From Antedon mediterranea (lineage: Eukaryota > Animalia > Echinodermata), in contig NC_092676.1 in the NCBI RefSeq assembly GCF_964355755.1, positions 30,493,871 to 30,557,870 on the forward strand: a stretch of DNA of 64,000 nt. The letters run 5' to 3'. The notes below the pieces were generated by a model. That model had not been told where the DNA came from and did no database searches. It saw only the letters and a program-made list of their open reading frames with translations. Shown here piece by piece: positions 28,101-42,709 of this stretch. Each line of letters begins with the position of its first letter. Position 1 is the stretch's first letter. The position numbers and the translations under genes were made by a program.

Positions 28101-30507
28101 TTTACAGATAGGAGTAATATAACTGAACCCTCAATTACGTCTGCTGCTGTTATCTGGTGATTTACAGATAGGAGTAAGATAACTGAACCCTCAATTACGT
28201 CTGCTGCTGTTCTCTGGTGGTGTGTGTGTATGTGATACAGAAATTAACTTTTGTTTCTTTTTAAGGTACTGGCAATGTGTTAAAGGTGCAGCAGTTGCTT
28301 CACATATGTAGTGAACATATTGAAGCTGAGAAGAGCAAAGACAAAGATAAAAAAGATAAAAAGAATGATGATACAACAAGTGATTTGGCAGCTCATCAAG
28401 GTGTGGCAGTTCTTGGTATTGCTTTGATAGCTATGGGAGAGGAGATTGGTGGTCAAATGGCATTAAGATCACTTGGTCATTTGGTAAACTGTTTTTTTTA
28501 TAGATATTTAGAATCAAGTCTTGCATCAATTTAAAAATAAATTGTATAGTTAACAATAGATTTTTACTTTCTTTAGCTTCGTTATGGTGAACCAGTTATT
28601 CGTCGCGCTGTTCCGCTTGCTTTAGCACTGATATCTGTATCCAATCCAGAACTTCAAATTTTGGACACCTTGAGTAAATTTTCTCACGATACAGATCAAG
28701 AGGTTGCTCATAATGCAATATTTGCCATGGGAATTGTAGGAGCTGGTAAGCATATCATTATTATAGTTTCTCTGGGAATTGTAGGAGCTGGTAAGCATAT
28801 CATTATTATACAGTAGTTTCTCTGGGAATTGTAGGAACTGGCAAGCATATCATTATTATAATTTCTCTATAATCTGTGATGACACAGGCATTCAGTTTTG
28901 GTAGTACAGTTGTATTCTTAAAAATATTAGAATATTTACTTTTTATTACCAGGTACAAACAATGCCCGTCTTGCAGCTATGCTTAGACAACTTGCACAAT
29001 TTCATGCTAAAGATCCAAACAACCTATTCATGGTTCGCATCTCACAAGGTTTGACTCACTTAGGTAAAGGTACATTGACTATGTCACCTTATCACAGTGA
29101 TCGTCAGCTGTTAAGCCAAGTTGCTACTGCCGGCCTTCTTGTTACAATCACTTCAGCTTTAGATGTTAAGAATAGTAAGTTTTTGAACTATGCTAATTTG
29201 TCTTTCTTTATAAAACAACCAATAAATGATTGGTAATATGCACCTGATTTACCATATTCAATGTTTCCTTAATAAGCACAAGATGTGAATTCAATAATTG
29301 TTGTGCAAGATGGTAATAGAGCTGTCTGCATCATCTCACAGCTGACCGCTATACTTATTTTAGAATTCTCACCTTGGTGATTCTTTTAAGTTTTCAGTTT
29401 ACCTATAATCTCGTCCTAAAGGCAGATTTTTATTCCTAGAGATCACCCAGTACAGTATAGAGAAATATATATACAGTATATATATACAAAATTATATTTT
29501 ACAGCTATTCTTAGAGAAGAAATATATATGTACAAATTTAAATTTTACAGCTATTCTTGGTAAGTCTTCATATTTACTGTATGGATTAGTTTCTGCAATG
29601 AAACCAAGAATGTTGGTTACATTTGATAAAGACTTGCATCCACTACCAATTCCAGTTCGTGTTGGTCAGGTAGGATTATACACTTTTTAGCATCCAAATC
29701 ATTCTTATCAACTGCTAAACCATTGTATAATTTAGGAAGCATAAACTACATGTTCAAACATCTGGTAAACAATTAATATGAAATACATTTTGTAGGCTGT
29801 TGATGTGGTAGGCCAAGCTGGTAGGCCCAAGACTATCACTGGTTTCCAGACACACACAACACCAGTATTATTGGCTCAAGGAGAACGAGCAGAATTAGCT
29901 ACAGAAGAATGTATCCTTTTAAAAACAATTTCAAACAAACATTTTCAATTGGAAAAAAATATCTTTTTATTTTACATTGCTCGGTGGTCATATCTATTTC
30001 TTTTCTGTTTTTATGACATAGTGTATAATAAGTGTATCCAGTTGGTATTTACAAGTCCTCTCAAAAGACCCACTCACACTTGACATAGTGTATAATAAGT
30101 GTATCCAGTTGGTACTTACAAGCCTCTCAAAAGACCCACTCACACTTTGAGCAGCTAGATCTCCTTAAAGAAGACCATTAGTGTATAATAAGTGTATCCA
30201 GTTGGTATTTACAAGTCTCTCAAAAGACCCATTATTTCAGTAATATTTGGTCAACAGAAAAACAGCTGTGTTTTAGCTATGATCCCCTTACCTCATACAA
30301 TTTGATTGTGTAACGAAGAAAACTTATTTTTTTATTATTATATTATTACACATTAATATACATGGAAATAATAATACTGCCCCATTGAATATTACCACAG
30401 ATGTAAGTCAATCCATTGTTTTCCTGAACTTGCTTTCAGACATACCATATACTCCTATTGTTGAGGGCTTTGTTATTTTAAAGAAGAATGAAAACTATGA
30501 AGAATAA
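19156..30507 (+). CDS. PSMD2: 26S proteasome non-ATPase regulatory subunit 2 (Rpn1), about 20 coding exons
   Basis: [101 protein letters not shown] and C-terminal [22 protein letters not shown] are Rpn1/PSMD2 hallmarks. Confidence 0.97.
24267..28212. repeat. 71-bp minisatellite, ~55 copies, filling a PSMD2 intron
   Basis: Unit acagataggagtaatataactgaaccctcaattacatagggcacaggcctgctgctgttatctggtgattt. Confidence 0.98.
28728..28862. repeat. Triplication of PSMD2 exon 3' end plus donor site
   Basis: tgggaattgtaggagctg|gtaagcatatcattattata x3; the third copy has the donor mutated to gcaag. Confidence 0.9.
29911..30439 (+). other. U12-type GT-AG last intron of PSMD2
   Basis: 5' GTATCCTTTT at 29911; branch-like TTTTCCTGAAC at ~30419-30429, about 10 nt before CAG; joins ATEE|YIPYTP in frame. 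Confidence 0.85.
30013..30232. repeat. ~68-bp repeat x3 inside the U12 intron
   Basis: tagtgtataataagtgtatccagttggtatttacaag...ctcaaaagacccac repeated. Confidence 0.85.
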
Positions 30508-31322
30508 TGACATCAAATAAAGGATCTACTCAGCTAGTCAATCCTTTTAAAATGTATTGTAAGCAAGATGTGTCTTGCAATCCTTACTATTGAGTGGTCT
30601 TGCCCTCACAGCATATTAGAAAGAATTTTTATATATTTAATTCTTTTCACAACATTGTTAATGCATTACCCAACACATACGACTAACTTTATTGTTTGTT
30701 CTAAATGCATGTAACGTATTGATAAAAATAAATTGGATGAAAACACTAAGCCTTGTACCAAACTGTTTAATCAATTTTATTAGCACTAGTAAAAGGATCT
30801 GGGACCCTACAAAATACTGCCATGTGCTTAGATCCAGAATTCCTCTCTACTTTCTAGTAAAAGGATCTGGGACCCTACAAAATACTGCCATGTGCTTAGA
30901 TCCAAAATTCCTCTCTACTTTCTAGTAAAAGGATCTGGGACCCTACAAAATACTGCCATGTGCTTAGATCCAGAATTCCTCTCTACTTTCTAGTAAAAGG
31001 ATCTGGGACCCTACAAAATACTGCCATGTGCTTAGATCCAAAATTCCTCTCTACTTTCTAGTAAAAGGATCTGGGACCCTACGAAATACTGCCATGTGCT
31101 TAGATCCAGAATTCCTCTCTACTTTCTAGTAAAAGGATCTGGGACCCTACAAAATACTGCCATGTGCTTAGATCCAGAATTCCTCTCTACTTTCTAGTAA
31201 AAGGATCTGGGACCCTACAAAATACTGCCATGTGCTTAGATCCAGAATTCCTCTCTACTTTCTAGTAAAAGGATCTGGGACCCTACAAAATACTGCCATG
31301 TGCTTAGATCCAGAATTCCTCT

Positions 31323-33278
<1,956 letters not shown>

Positions 33279-33446
33279 TTTAAACGAATTGTTGTTGATC
33301 GAAGAACGTGGGTGTCACGCCAAATTAGGTTCTACAAAATTGGCCTCCGAATATGGAACGCCGTTTACGCAACATTTCGATGATATGAAATTTATGACGC
33401 AATATGTGAATGAAATGCATCGATATGAATTGAATGGCGCGTTATA

Positions 33447-33625
33447 TGAATGAAATGTTTTGAGTGAAATGCTTTGAATTGAATGTTTTGAATGAAATGT
33501 TTTGAATGAAATGTTTTGAATAAAATGTTTTGAATGAAATGTTTTGAATGAAATGTTTTGAATGAATTGTTTTGAATGAAATGTTTTGAATGACCTGTTT
33601 GAATGAAATGTTTGAATTGAATTGA
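33447..33625. repeat. 14-bp GAATGAAATGTTTT repeat upstream of METTL1
   Basis: About 12 degenerate copies. Confidence 0.85.
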
Positions 33626-33858
33626 AAGTCAAACTATTGGCGGCGTATGTCATTCCCGCTCGCGATTTTTTTCTCAACCTCTCTTAAGCCTGGGTACCCA
33701 TCTCCTCTCCACGCCGTCATCAATATGGACCTTTACACATGCTTTACAGAGAATCCTAACAGACGGGTTTGGAAATATAGTACAGGAAAACTATGAAATA
33801 TGGTTGAAAAAATTGCAACAGAATTTATTTCACCACAATGCATTTCTATAAGGTCCCT

Positions 33859-36816
33859 ATATGAACATACTAAAAGTCTAGAAAAATCCAGGTAGGGGAA
33901 ATAGGTTTTTTTAAACAAAATGGCCGCCAATGGCGAAAATTCCTAAAAAACGAAAAAAAAACATAAATGATAGATATAATTACCACTTTATAACAGTTTT
34001 TACAATGGCTTATATATTTCTTTACAATTTCGAAGATCTGACCTACAATAAACACATTATCTTAAGTGCTGTTAATTAGAAAATGGCCGAAAAACAAATG
34101 TTTAAGTATCTAGATATATCCCTATTGTTATAATAATATATAAAACGCAGTCCTTCCTATGCTTAATACATATGGATTACGGTGTCTATTAATAAATCAG
34201 TTCATTTACATTTGTACTGTTATAACAATATATTACAACATTGGTGGTGCCAGTGGGGAGGGGTATAGGGATGGGAGATCAAATGGGAAGGGTGAGGGAG
34301 TCTGTCCGTCCCCCCATCCCCTCTCCACAATTGGCTATTTTTTATGTAGACAATATGATGATATTTCCTAATATAAAACAATACCCCATTGAGTGCTGTT
34401 TCAAGGATTTTCATTTTTAAAAGTGAGTAAAACTACCCTTTACCGGTATAATATTATCGGAACCTCTGGGTGCGCTCCCATTGATGGCCCAGCCAATTGA
34501 TGCTGGCTGCGCTCTCCACCCCCCCCCCCCCCTCATCGGGAAAATCCTTGCGCCACAATCTATTACCGTATTTATTCGGATAAACGCTACATTTAGAAAA
34601 ATCGAATAAATTCCCCCCTCCCCCTCCAGGACATCATTTTGAATAACCTACGCCACCGCACCCCCTCCCCCGCTCCCATCGGACATCATTTTGAATTTAT
34701 TTCCTTGAATGTACGCCCCGCCACATGCATATTATACACAATATTGTATTTTAACACATCTCTATTTGTAATAGAATTCACTGAATGGTGTTGTATTTGT
34801 TCATATCTAAAGGGTGTATTTATTTGATTATACACGTTTCCCACATTACACCCACAAACATATACGCCTCTCCGAATAAACTCCTCACGACGATTACACG
34901 CCCCCACTACCCTCCTTAAAAATCAACCACCAAGGGCATTTATTCAAATAAATGCGGTAATTTCACTTTCATCTTGTCAGTATCTCATCCTCCATCTATT
35001 GGTGGGGAATTGAGCATGTGCTGATGCCGTGGCATTCTTAAAAAATAGTGGAGCAGCAGTCCAAACCATATTTTCTGCAACGGCAATTCATTTTACTACA
35101 ACCTTATTTGTAGGTACATCTAATCAACTTTAATAGTTTCTCTGGTGCTGGTAGTCAATTTGTCATCAATACTTTCCATCCCTATGTGGGATGTGGGTTG
35201 AAGAGTATTTCCTATCCACTGCTATACCTGGTAATAAAGACTCACGAAATGAAATTTTGCCGCAAGGGAATAGATTTGCTTTTTGCAACTTTCTCAAAGA
35301 AAAGAGGCTGTCTAAAGTCTCCATTGACTTCCCTCCATAATATATAGGTACCAATGCCAAATTCCTGATGCAATGTTTTCTTTTTTTTTTGGAAACTGTT
35401 TGGTTTACAGAATTTGACATACAACTCCTACTGTGATGTGATGATTTTTAAGACCAACACCTTTTCCTAAACCAAATTTACTTACGGCCCATAATTATAG
35501 CCATTAAACACAATAGTTTACTTTGCCTTCACATAACGTAACAAACATACATGGTACATACTAAGTGTCTTGAAATGTTGCTGTTTCGGGCCAAGAGGTT
35601 TGATGTAGCAAACAGTGGGCAGTGAGATGAAGGTTTCTGAGTAGTCTAGCAGTGTGTATGGAGTCAATGGAGTAAAAGAGGGCTGCAGGAAAAGTATAAG
35701 ATTCTTTTTCACCAAATGATGCATTGTGTATGACTGTCTCACATAGATGATGAAATAATATATGTGAGGGAATGTGCACTGCTTCTTTATTGATGAATAT
35801 AGTTGGTTTGACCCGCCCATGTGTTCTTTCCTCTTAAATTTATATTCTGTCACGGTTGCTTCATTCATTGATTTAATACTGTATGTTCTCGATGGGGGAG
35901 CACTGTGAATGCATGTAAAGTCTGTCCTTGGTGTGAAGCTCTGTAAAAATTAGTTTGCTTTTTATACATGGAATCCAGGGATATGATACTACATCCCATC
36001 TATTTGGTATAGGAAAAGGTCTTAAAAAGTCATAACACCTGGGCAGTAGTATGCTTACAAACTCTGTAAAACCAAACGTCTCCAAAAAAAAGAAACCATC
36101 GCATCAGAGGAATTGGCATTGGTAGTAGCTATATACTGTATGGAGGAATACGTTCTGGGAGGAAGTAGCAAAAAGCAAAACAGCACTTGAAATAAAGTCT
36201 ATTCCCCCTACAACAAATGCTGCAAAATGTCATTCCCTGCGTGTATATTACCATGGTACAGCAGTGGATAGAAAGTACTCTTCAACCCACAGACTGGGGG
36301 ATGGAAAGTTACAAATGGCGTGATGTGTCCAAATTTACCACCAGTACCACTGTTTGTGACGAATACCACGGCATCAGCACATGCTTAATTCCTACCTATA
36401 GACAAAGGATGATAACTGGACAATGAAAATGAATGGATTAATAGATTGTAAGATTGTATAATTCTATTGTTGTGACAGTACAAATGTAAATGAACTGTTT
36501 TATATTAGACACTGTAGTCCTGCATTATAATGCATAGGACTACGTTGTCTATTATTATAACCGTGGTGATATCTTGATACTTAAATGTGTGTTTTTGTTG
36601 CTAAATAGCATTTAAATTAATATGTATATTGCAGTTTAAATGTTTGACACTAAAGAAATATAAAAAGCATTATAAAAACTGCTATCAAGTGGTAATTAGA
36701 TATAAAATATATGTTTTTTGTTCATTTTTAGACATTTTTCGCCATTAGCGGCCATTTTGTTTAAAAAAACCTATTTCCCCTACCTGGATTTTTCTAGACT
36801 TTTAGTATGTTCATAT
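33859..36816. mobile_element. Decayed DNA-transposon relic bounded by ~165-bp inverted repeats, with transposase remnants (possibly Academ-like)
   Basis: 33859-34025 is the reverse complement of ~36650-36816 (atatgaacatactaaaagtctagaaaaatccaggtaggggaaatagg...). Broken reading frames at ~36190-36320 give KSIPPTTNAAKCHSLRVY...LQPTDWG. Confidence 0.6.
34566..34957. mobile_element. Tc1/mariner-pogo-type MITE nested in the relic
   Basis: TA|CCGTATTTATTCGGATAAACGC ... GCATTTATTCAAATAAATGCGG|TA: terminal inverted repeats with TA duplication. Confidence 0.75.
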
Positions 36817-38417
36817 TGTTGGCCAATTCACCATCATATATTTTTTGTTAATTAATTAATATTGTATATTATTGAGTTATTTTACAATTGTGAGCATATT
36901 TATTTTATATTTTATTTATTCATTTCCCAACCAACAGTGAACTCATGGTTCACCACTTACAGGAGAACACAGACAAACACAAACATATACAATAAAAAAC
37001 ATTAAACTAAACTACTAAATGTTACGAAATACGGAAATTATGTCTCAAGGGAGTTCCTAGTGTATTTTCAACCGCTCGGAAACATACGAGGAGTTTGTAA
37101 CAATTTTACACTTAACGTTTACTTTGTACACAAAAAGAAATGTTTAAGACAATTTTAACTTTTCTGTATTACAGTATTTTCAAATTGTGTATAATAGTAC
37201 TACGTGCTTATTTTGCTGCATGTTATGCTATTTACCGTTTCTATTTATTTACTTTACTTTAGGCCTAATTAAAACCGTAACCATTTATTTTCAAAAGCAT
37301 TAAGTACTACTACGTTACTGAAAATTCAATCCAGTCAAAAAATATAGTTTTATACTACAGTACTAATAATGAATTACTATTATAAAGAGGAATGGCACAT
37401 GCATGACGTTACTCTACGTAGTAAGCCTACGGAGAGGGATTTTCGAAAAATGGCCAAATCGCTAACTAGCTATATAACAAATATGTAAATTTAATTCAAT
37501 TTTCTTTACTTTTATTTCATCATGAACTTTGATGAAATTGACCACAAAATATAAAAATAATAAATTACATAGGAAAAGTAATTACACATTATGGGGGTAG
37601 GCCTACTGTCTGTCAAATATTTTCCTTCGACTTAATATTTACCACTCTCTGGTTTCTGTACAGTTTTGTTTTGGTGGTAAATCTTGATATCGAGGTGAAA
37701 GTTCAACAATGAAAATCATCACACGACACGATACGGCAGCCGGGCCTCCTTGTGATGAAGTTTGGGGTGCCACAACGGAACGTGCTCGTGCCTTTGACGT
37801 TTTGTGTGTTGTTGTTTGTGTGCATACCATTTTATTCCAAAATTCCACTGGTCCATGTACCTTCAACTTCTCCATCTTTCATCTACTAAACTCTGTAAGA
37901 ATTTGTATGATCAATAATCGTTTTATATACTGTGAAATTATTTTCACGCTGTCAAAAGTTAAATACACGAACGTAATTAATTTAAATGTTTTCTTTTTAC
38001 ACAGACCAACAAAAAGCTAGGCCACACTGCGTTGACCACCTGCTGTTGATAGAAGGCCAAATAGTGGTGGTGTGTGGTGTAGGATAGGCTTAATATTAAA
38101 AGATGTCTTCGTTACCTTTCTCGGCAGTTGGCAAAGGAGGGGCAGTTGGTATTGGTATTCATAACTTTACAGCTTGTGGTAGAGGAACTGTATTGGCAAA
38201 TGCAATTCCATCACCAGCCAGTAAATCTCATGTAAGTGTACTGTGGACGGGATCATTAATTTATTATTAATAATTATTATTGACATTTTATTGTATTCGA
38301 TTTGGACTTTACTGTTTAGTTTTTTAGTATAGTTTTTCTGTTGACTTTAATGGAGTATCTTAAGCGTTGAGATTGTTCTCACTCAACGAAAGCCTTGTGT
38401 TGTTTAACATTTCTATT

Positions 38418-40025
38418 TGCGGCAATAAAGGCTAATCAACTTCACGAAGATATGAACACTTTTAATAAACAAACCAAAGTAATATCAATCGACACTAGGC
38501 CTACTAGAACCAACTAACACATGGCGACCACAATGTCACTCGATAGGGCGCAAGGAGGCGCACTGCAACAACAACACACGAGGACGTGCGAGTATGATGG
38601 CGCAACCGCCTCTTCCTTCCACCTTTCTTTCAAAAATAAAAAAAATAAAAAACGCAATAAAAGCAAAATAAAAGAATGTGGACAAGTAACTGGAATACAG
38701 AAATAAAAGTCCAATGGTATACAGAATTGGGCAATCTGAGTTGCTAGTGTCATAGGCATGTCAATAAAACAAAGTGATGCTTGAATGAGATTGGTAGTGG
38801 CATCAATGTCAAGTGTCGCCTTCACTGGGAAATGATGATAGGAATTGAGTAGAGATGGTGCTTGAATAACATTGACTCGGCTGGCTGAAGCTGGTTTGTC
38901 AATTAGGCCGGTGGGCAGATCATGTTGTGGACTTTGAGTGAGGTCTTCGTCGATACAGAGTTCTTCGTCAGGGAGTGTAGCATAGTCGTTCTCTGCGAGT
39001 ACGAAATGTGAATTGCCGAGACTATTTCTATCAGCTGCTGGAAGAAATCTGCACTGACTTGCTGAGTGTGAAGTGTGTGGTCGTTGAGAAGATTGGCACA
39101 TAATGCACGATTTACTAAAGGCTTGGTTAGGATCGAGCCATTTGTTTGGAGAAATTGTTATACTGTGGCCAGTGTGCTTTGTTGAAAATAGCTGTGAGAC
39201 ATGCTTTGGAGTGGGCCTGAGGTTTTTTGGCTGGTAGCGTTGTGATGTTTGGGAGATCCAAGTTGTGCGCTCCCAAAGACTGGAAACCAAAATGCTGGCA
39301 AATTTTTTGCCAAATATCAGACAGAGATGTCGATTGCTTTAGAATAGAATTCCTGGATAAAACTGGGCAAAAGTTGGCGATTTGGCTTAACATATATTCA
39401 AGTTGAGCATTTTTTTGGTGCGATGTTTTTCTCGATGTGGCTGAGACAGTGTCCTCATCGTCAAGTATTCCCCTTGTGGGGTTTCCTGTGGTTTTCTTTT
39501 TCCAAGTGAATGCGTCAGCAAGGATGGTGAAAGACTGGCGTCAAGAGAAAAAATATATAATAAATTCTGTCGCCAGTTTTCAAAGGAGTTAACTGTTTCA
39601 TTTTTGGTAAGTTGCCATTGTTCTGGGGCTCTCGTAGTAGCCATGTTGTGAGCAGTAACAAGGCTTTACTCATGTGTCGGCTGAGACAGAGGGAGATCGA
39701 TTTATCGGATTATCTATGCGAGCTAGACTTCGGGATCGAGTCCGGTAGCCTAGAAAAATGTTCAGTGATTTGTAAAGGTATGAGAAGTCTCTGTCTTCTG
39801 TTTATTGAAGCGATTTCGCGGTAGTGGGTAATGCGCTGCCACCACGGCAATAAAGACTAATCAACTTCACGAAGATATGAACACTTTTAATAAACAAACC
39901 AAAGTAATATCAATCGACACTAGGCCTACTAGAACCAACTAACACATGGCGACCACAATGTCACTCGATAGGGCGCAAGGAGGCGCACTGCAACAACAAC
40001 ACACGAGGACGTGCAAGTGTGATGG
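38418..40025 (-). mobile_element. Internally deleted gypsy-like LTR retrotransposon
   Basis: Direct repeats at 38418-38621 (TG...CA) and 39845-40025 (outer end truncated). PBS TGGTGGCAGCG next to the 5' LTR and polypurine tract gaaagaaagg next to the 3' LTR. Frameshifted gag ([23 protein letters not shown]; CIMC...H...C knuckle) and protease-like ATLDIDATTNLI. No RT or integrase. Confidence 0.85.
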
Positions 40026-41110
40026 TGTTGAATGATTTTCATTTTACCATTTGAATACAAAAAGTACTCAACAAATCTTTACTACAAAAGTTCCCAATCA
40101 GATACTCCAATTGTCAACCGTGTGTGTGTATACTATTAATAAATCAATATTTTTGCGCGATGTATAATATTGTTAATAAATAGTGTCAACCATACTACTT
40201 GATCAGAATTGTATTGTCTTATCAGCACAGAGAACTTGCCAGGCTCAATGTTGACTGGGCCAATAATAATTATATATTCGTTGGTAGTCAACTGTGCCGA
40301 TAGCAAATAATTAATATTATATGACAGTGTGTAAGATCTGTACAGACTCTGTACCAGATATGGCAAAACAGAAGTAGTGTTGTTACTGGATTGTACATCA
40401 ACACACTAAGCCAGAAGGTATAGTCTAGTTAATTAGCATTAGCTTTTACCACTATACTATAATATCTCTATGCCTATACCCAGAGTAAACATACCAATAA
40501 TAATATTTAGAGACCGTGACGCTCTTTAATCTCTATTTTGATCTGTAGGCCTCTAATAGATTATCTTGACTAAAGTCATAACACAACAATATAATATGGC
40601 CCCAGCTAAAAGTGAAGCATTTTAGTTTTTCTTAGCTGATATTCATTTGTTGTAAAGTATCATTGTTTATTTATACTTCATAAAATATATTTTATTTATA
40701 ATTTGGATATTCAAAAGTTAAAAGCGCTTTTTAGACATTAATTACGGGTTATTAAATGGTTACCATCAATAAGATATACATTGCTGAGCTTTAGTACCAA
40801 AGCTTTTAGTATTTATTTATTTGTGCTATCTTTTTTATTATTTTCATTATTTATTATGTGCACATGAAAGGCTGATTTAAAAAAAAATATTTTCATTTTA
40901 AACATAAACTGGCGCCAATTTCACAATAATGTTCCTTGCTACTTGGATCTCTTTTCCATCTAATAGACTAAACAAATTCCTTCTGTCACTGAAACAATTC
41001 CCAAGTTATTATTCTTGATTAGAATATTGACATAATTCTGAAAACAATTAACCTGACACTGAAAGTTAACATTGTGTGATTTTATTAAAATGATTTAATT
41101 TATAATTTCA

Positions 41111-41354
41111 GAATTATGACCATCATGAACAGTTAGCCAAGCCTGTGTGCAACTGCTTTCGTAGTACATCTCAGGTGATTTGCCAAACTTGTGGATTGAT
41201 GTTTCATGGTCGATCACGAATGATATGTCCTCAACATCCACAAGTAATTCATCTGATGGATGCAGACAAGTGTCCAAAGTGCCATTCTAATACATTAAAG
41301 GAATTTATATCATCCCCAAAGGCAATAGAAAGTACTACAGAGCGGTGGGACTAA
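41111..41354 (+). CDS. Terminal exon of a small Cys/His-rich protein (CG13380-like); upstream exon(s) not resolved
   Basis: tttcag acceptor, then an open frame CNCFR...VICQTCG...GRSRMICPQHPQVIHLMD...CPKC. Family assignment is from memory only. Confidence 0.6.
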
Positions 41355-41574
41355 TAGCTATGTAACCACAAAAAAAAAAAAACACCTTCTTTATGTAAAG
41401 TTGTGTAATTCTATATAAAACTGTATTTTCAAAGTTTGTGTTCTCTGGCATTTTAAGATTATTTAAATTGTCTCTTGTTAACTGCTAAATATTTTGTTAA
41501 TTCAGATTTTACACCCAAATAGGTAAACAAATTAAAAGCAGTTTTTCTTCATGTATGTTTGTTGTTATATTTGG

Positions 41575-41815
41575 TGTTACACACCAAGGATAGCCAACTA
41601 AGTTCGTAGACTAGTTTCCAGTGGGGGTCCTTCTGGTGGTGAATTGGTCCTCAAAGTGTACTGCATTCTGTAATAAGCATTTGGTGCACACAGTACAGTG
41701 CGCTATATACATGTATTCCAACCTGCAAGTTGGAACACACGGAAGAGTGGCGATGGGATTCTAACCGTGGACATGGAAACCGATGTTCTTTCACAGTTCA
41801 GCCAACTGCCGCTCT
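41575..41815 (-). mobile_element. Degenerate SINE fragment
   Basis: gactagtttccagtgggggtcc resembles the end of the 6445-6715 element; gggattctaacc resembles a reverse B-box. Confidence 0.4.
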
Positions 41816-42369
41816 CTGATATCATATCACCAGTTAATTATATTATTGATACTTATAGTTAAACAAAATTTATTTATTCTATTAGTAGGAATATATTAGT
41901 AACGTTTTATGTTTTTTTATACTTCAAATGATTACTTTTGTTAAATAGAAGATGTTTTCTTGTTTCCTCCACAAGATGGTGGTGTTTAAAAAAACAAAAA
42001 TAAAATAAAAAGATGGGATATTAATAAAGCATTGCTACAGTAAATCAATTCATGCTGAATCATAATGATGATCTAAAAAATGACTGTATTTAGAAATATT
42101 TAATAACTTTTTATTTTAAGTTTGAACTTAAATATGTTTTACAGACTGTTGGTGATGACTAATGTAATGTCTGGGAAATGAAGTCTAACAAACATTTTGA
42201 AAACGCTGGGGGCCCATAATGTTAAGAATGCATGATTTCGACGGCGGCGGCGCGCGCGACACACGAGTCGAGTTCAGAGTTTTTATTGTTTATAAGCTTA
42301 CAATCATAATAATTATTATTGTCTTGATTATTTATGTGTTAGCTCTGGACGATGTTTGTACTGTTAATA

Positions 42370-42709
42370 GTATCCTTTTAATAAATGATTATATCGAGGC
42401 TAAGCCTGCCTATAAAAAGGGCTAGCCTAGGCCTAGCCAGCTCTAGTTAGGCCCACTCCACCATGCTCTGAGCAGCAGCTACTACTAGGCTAGGCCTAAT
42501 AACTAAGGCCTACGACCTAATCTATAAATCGTTTGTATTAGTGATTTTCTGATAGCCTACTAATATCTGAGGAAGTAGTCGATGATGACTTGTTATTAGT
42601 GTTAAATAAAAAAATATCCATGGCATAACATATGAATGGCCTGAGTCTTAGCTAGTTAAGTTAGGCCGCTTAATAATGTTTTTTTTCTAACTGTCTGTTG
42701 TGTGTGCAG
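42370..42709 (+). other. Candidate U12-type intron in the MBTPS2 5'UTR
   Basis: GTATCCTTTT at 42370; TTTTTCTAAC at ~42682-42691; TGCAG ending at 42709, 28 nt before the ATG. Confidence 0.55.

Noticed and set aside
24267-28212. Possible CRISPR-like array
   Set aside because: Units are contiguous with no unique spacers; eukaryotic intron; no cas genes.
37639-38235. Exon-like GC-richer segments with minus-strand splice-like signals
   Set aside because: Frames are interrupted by stops and no domain is recognisable; cannot support a gene call.
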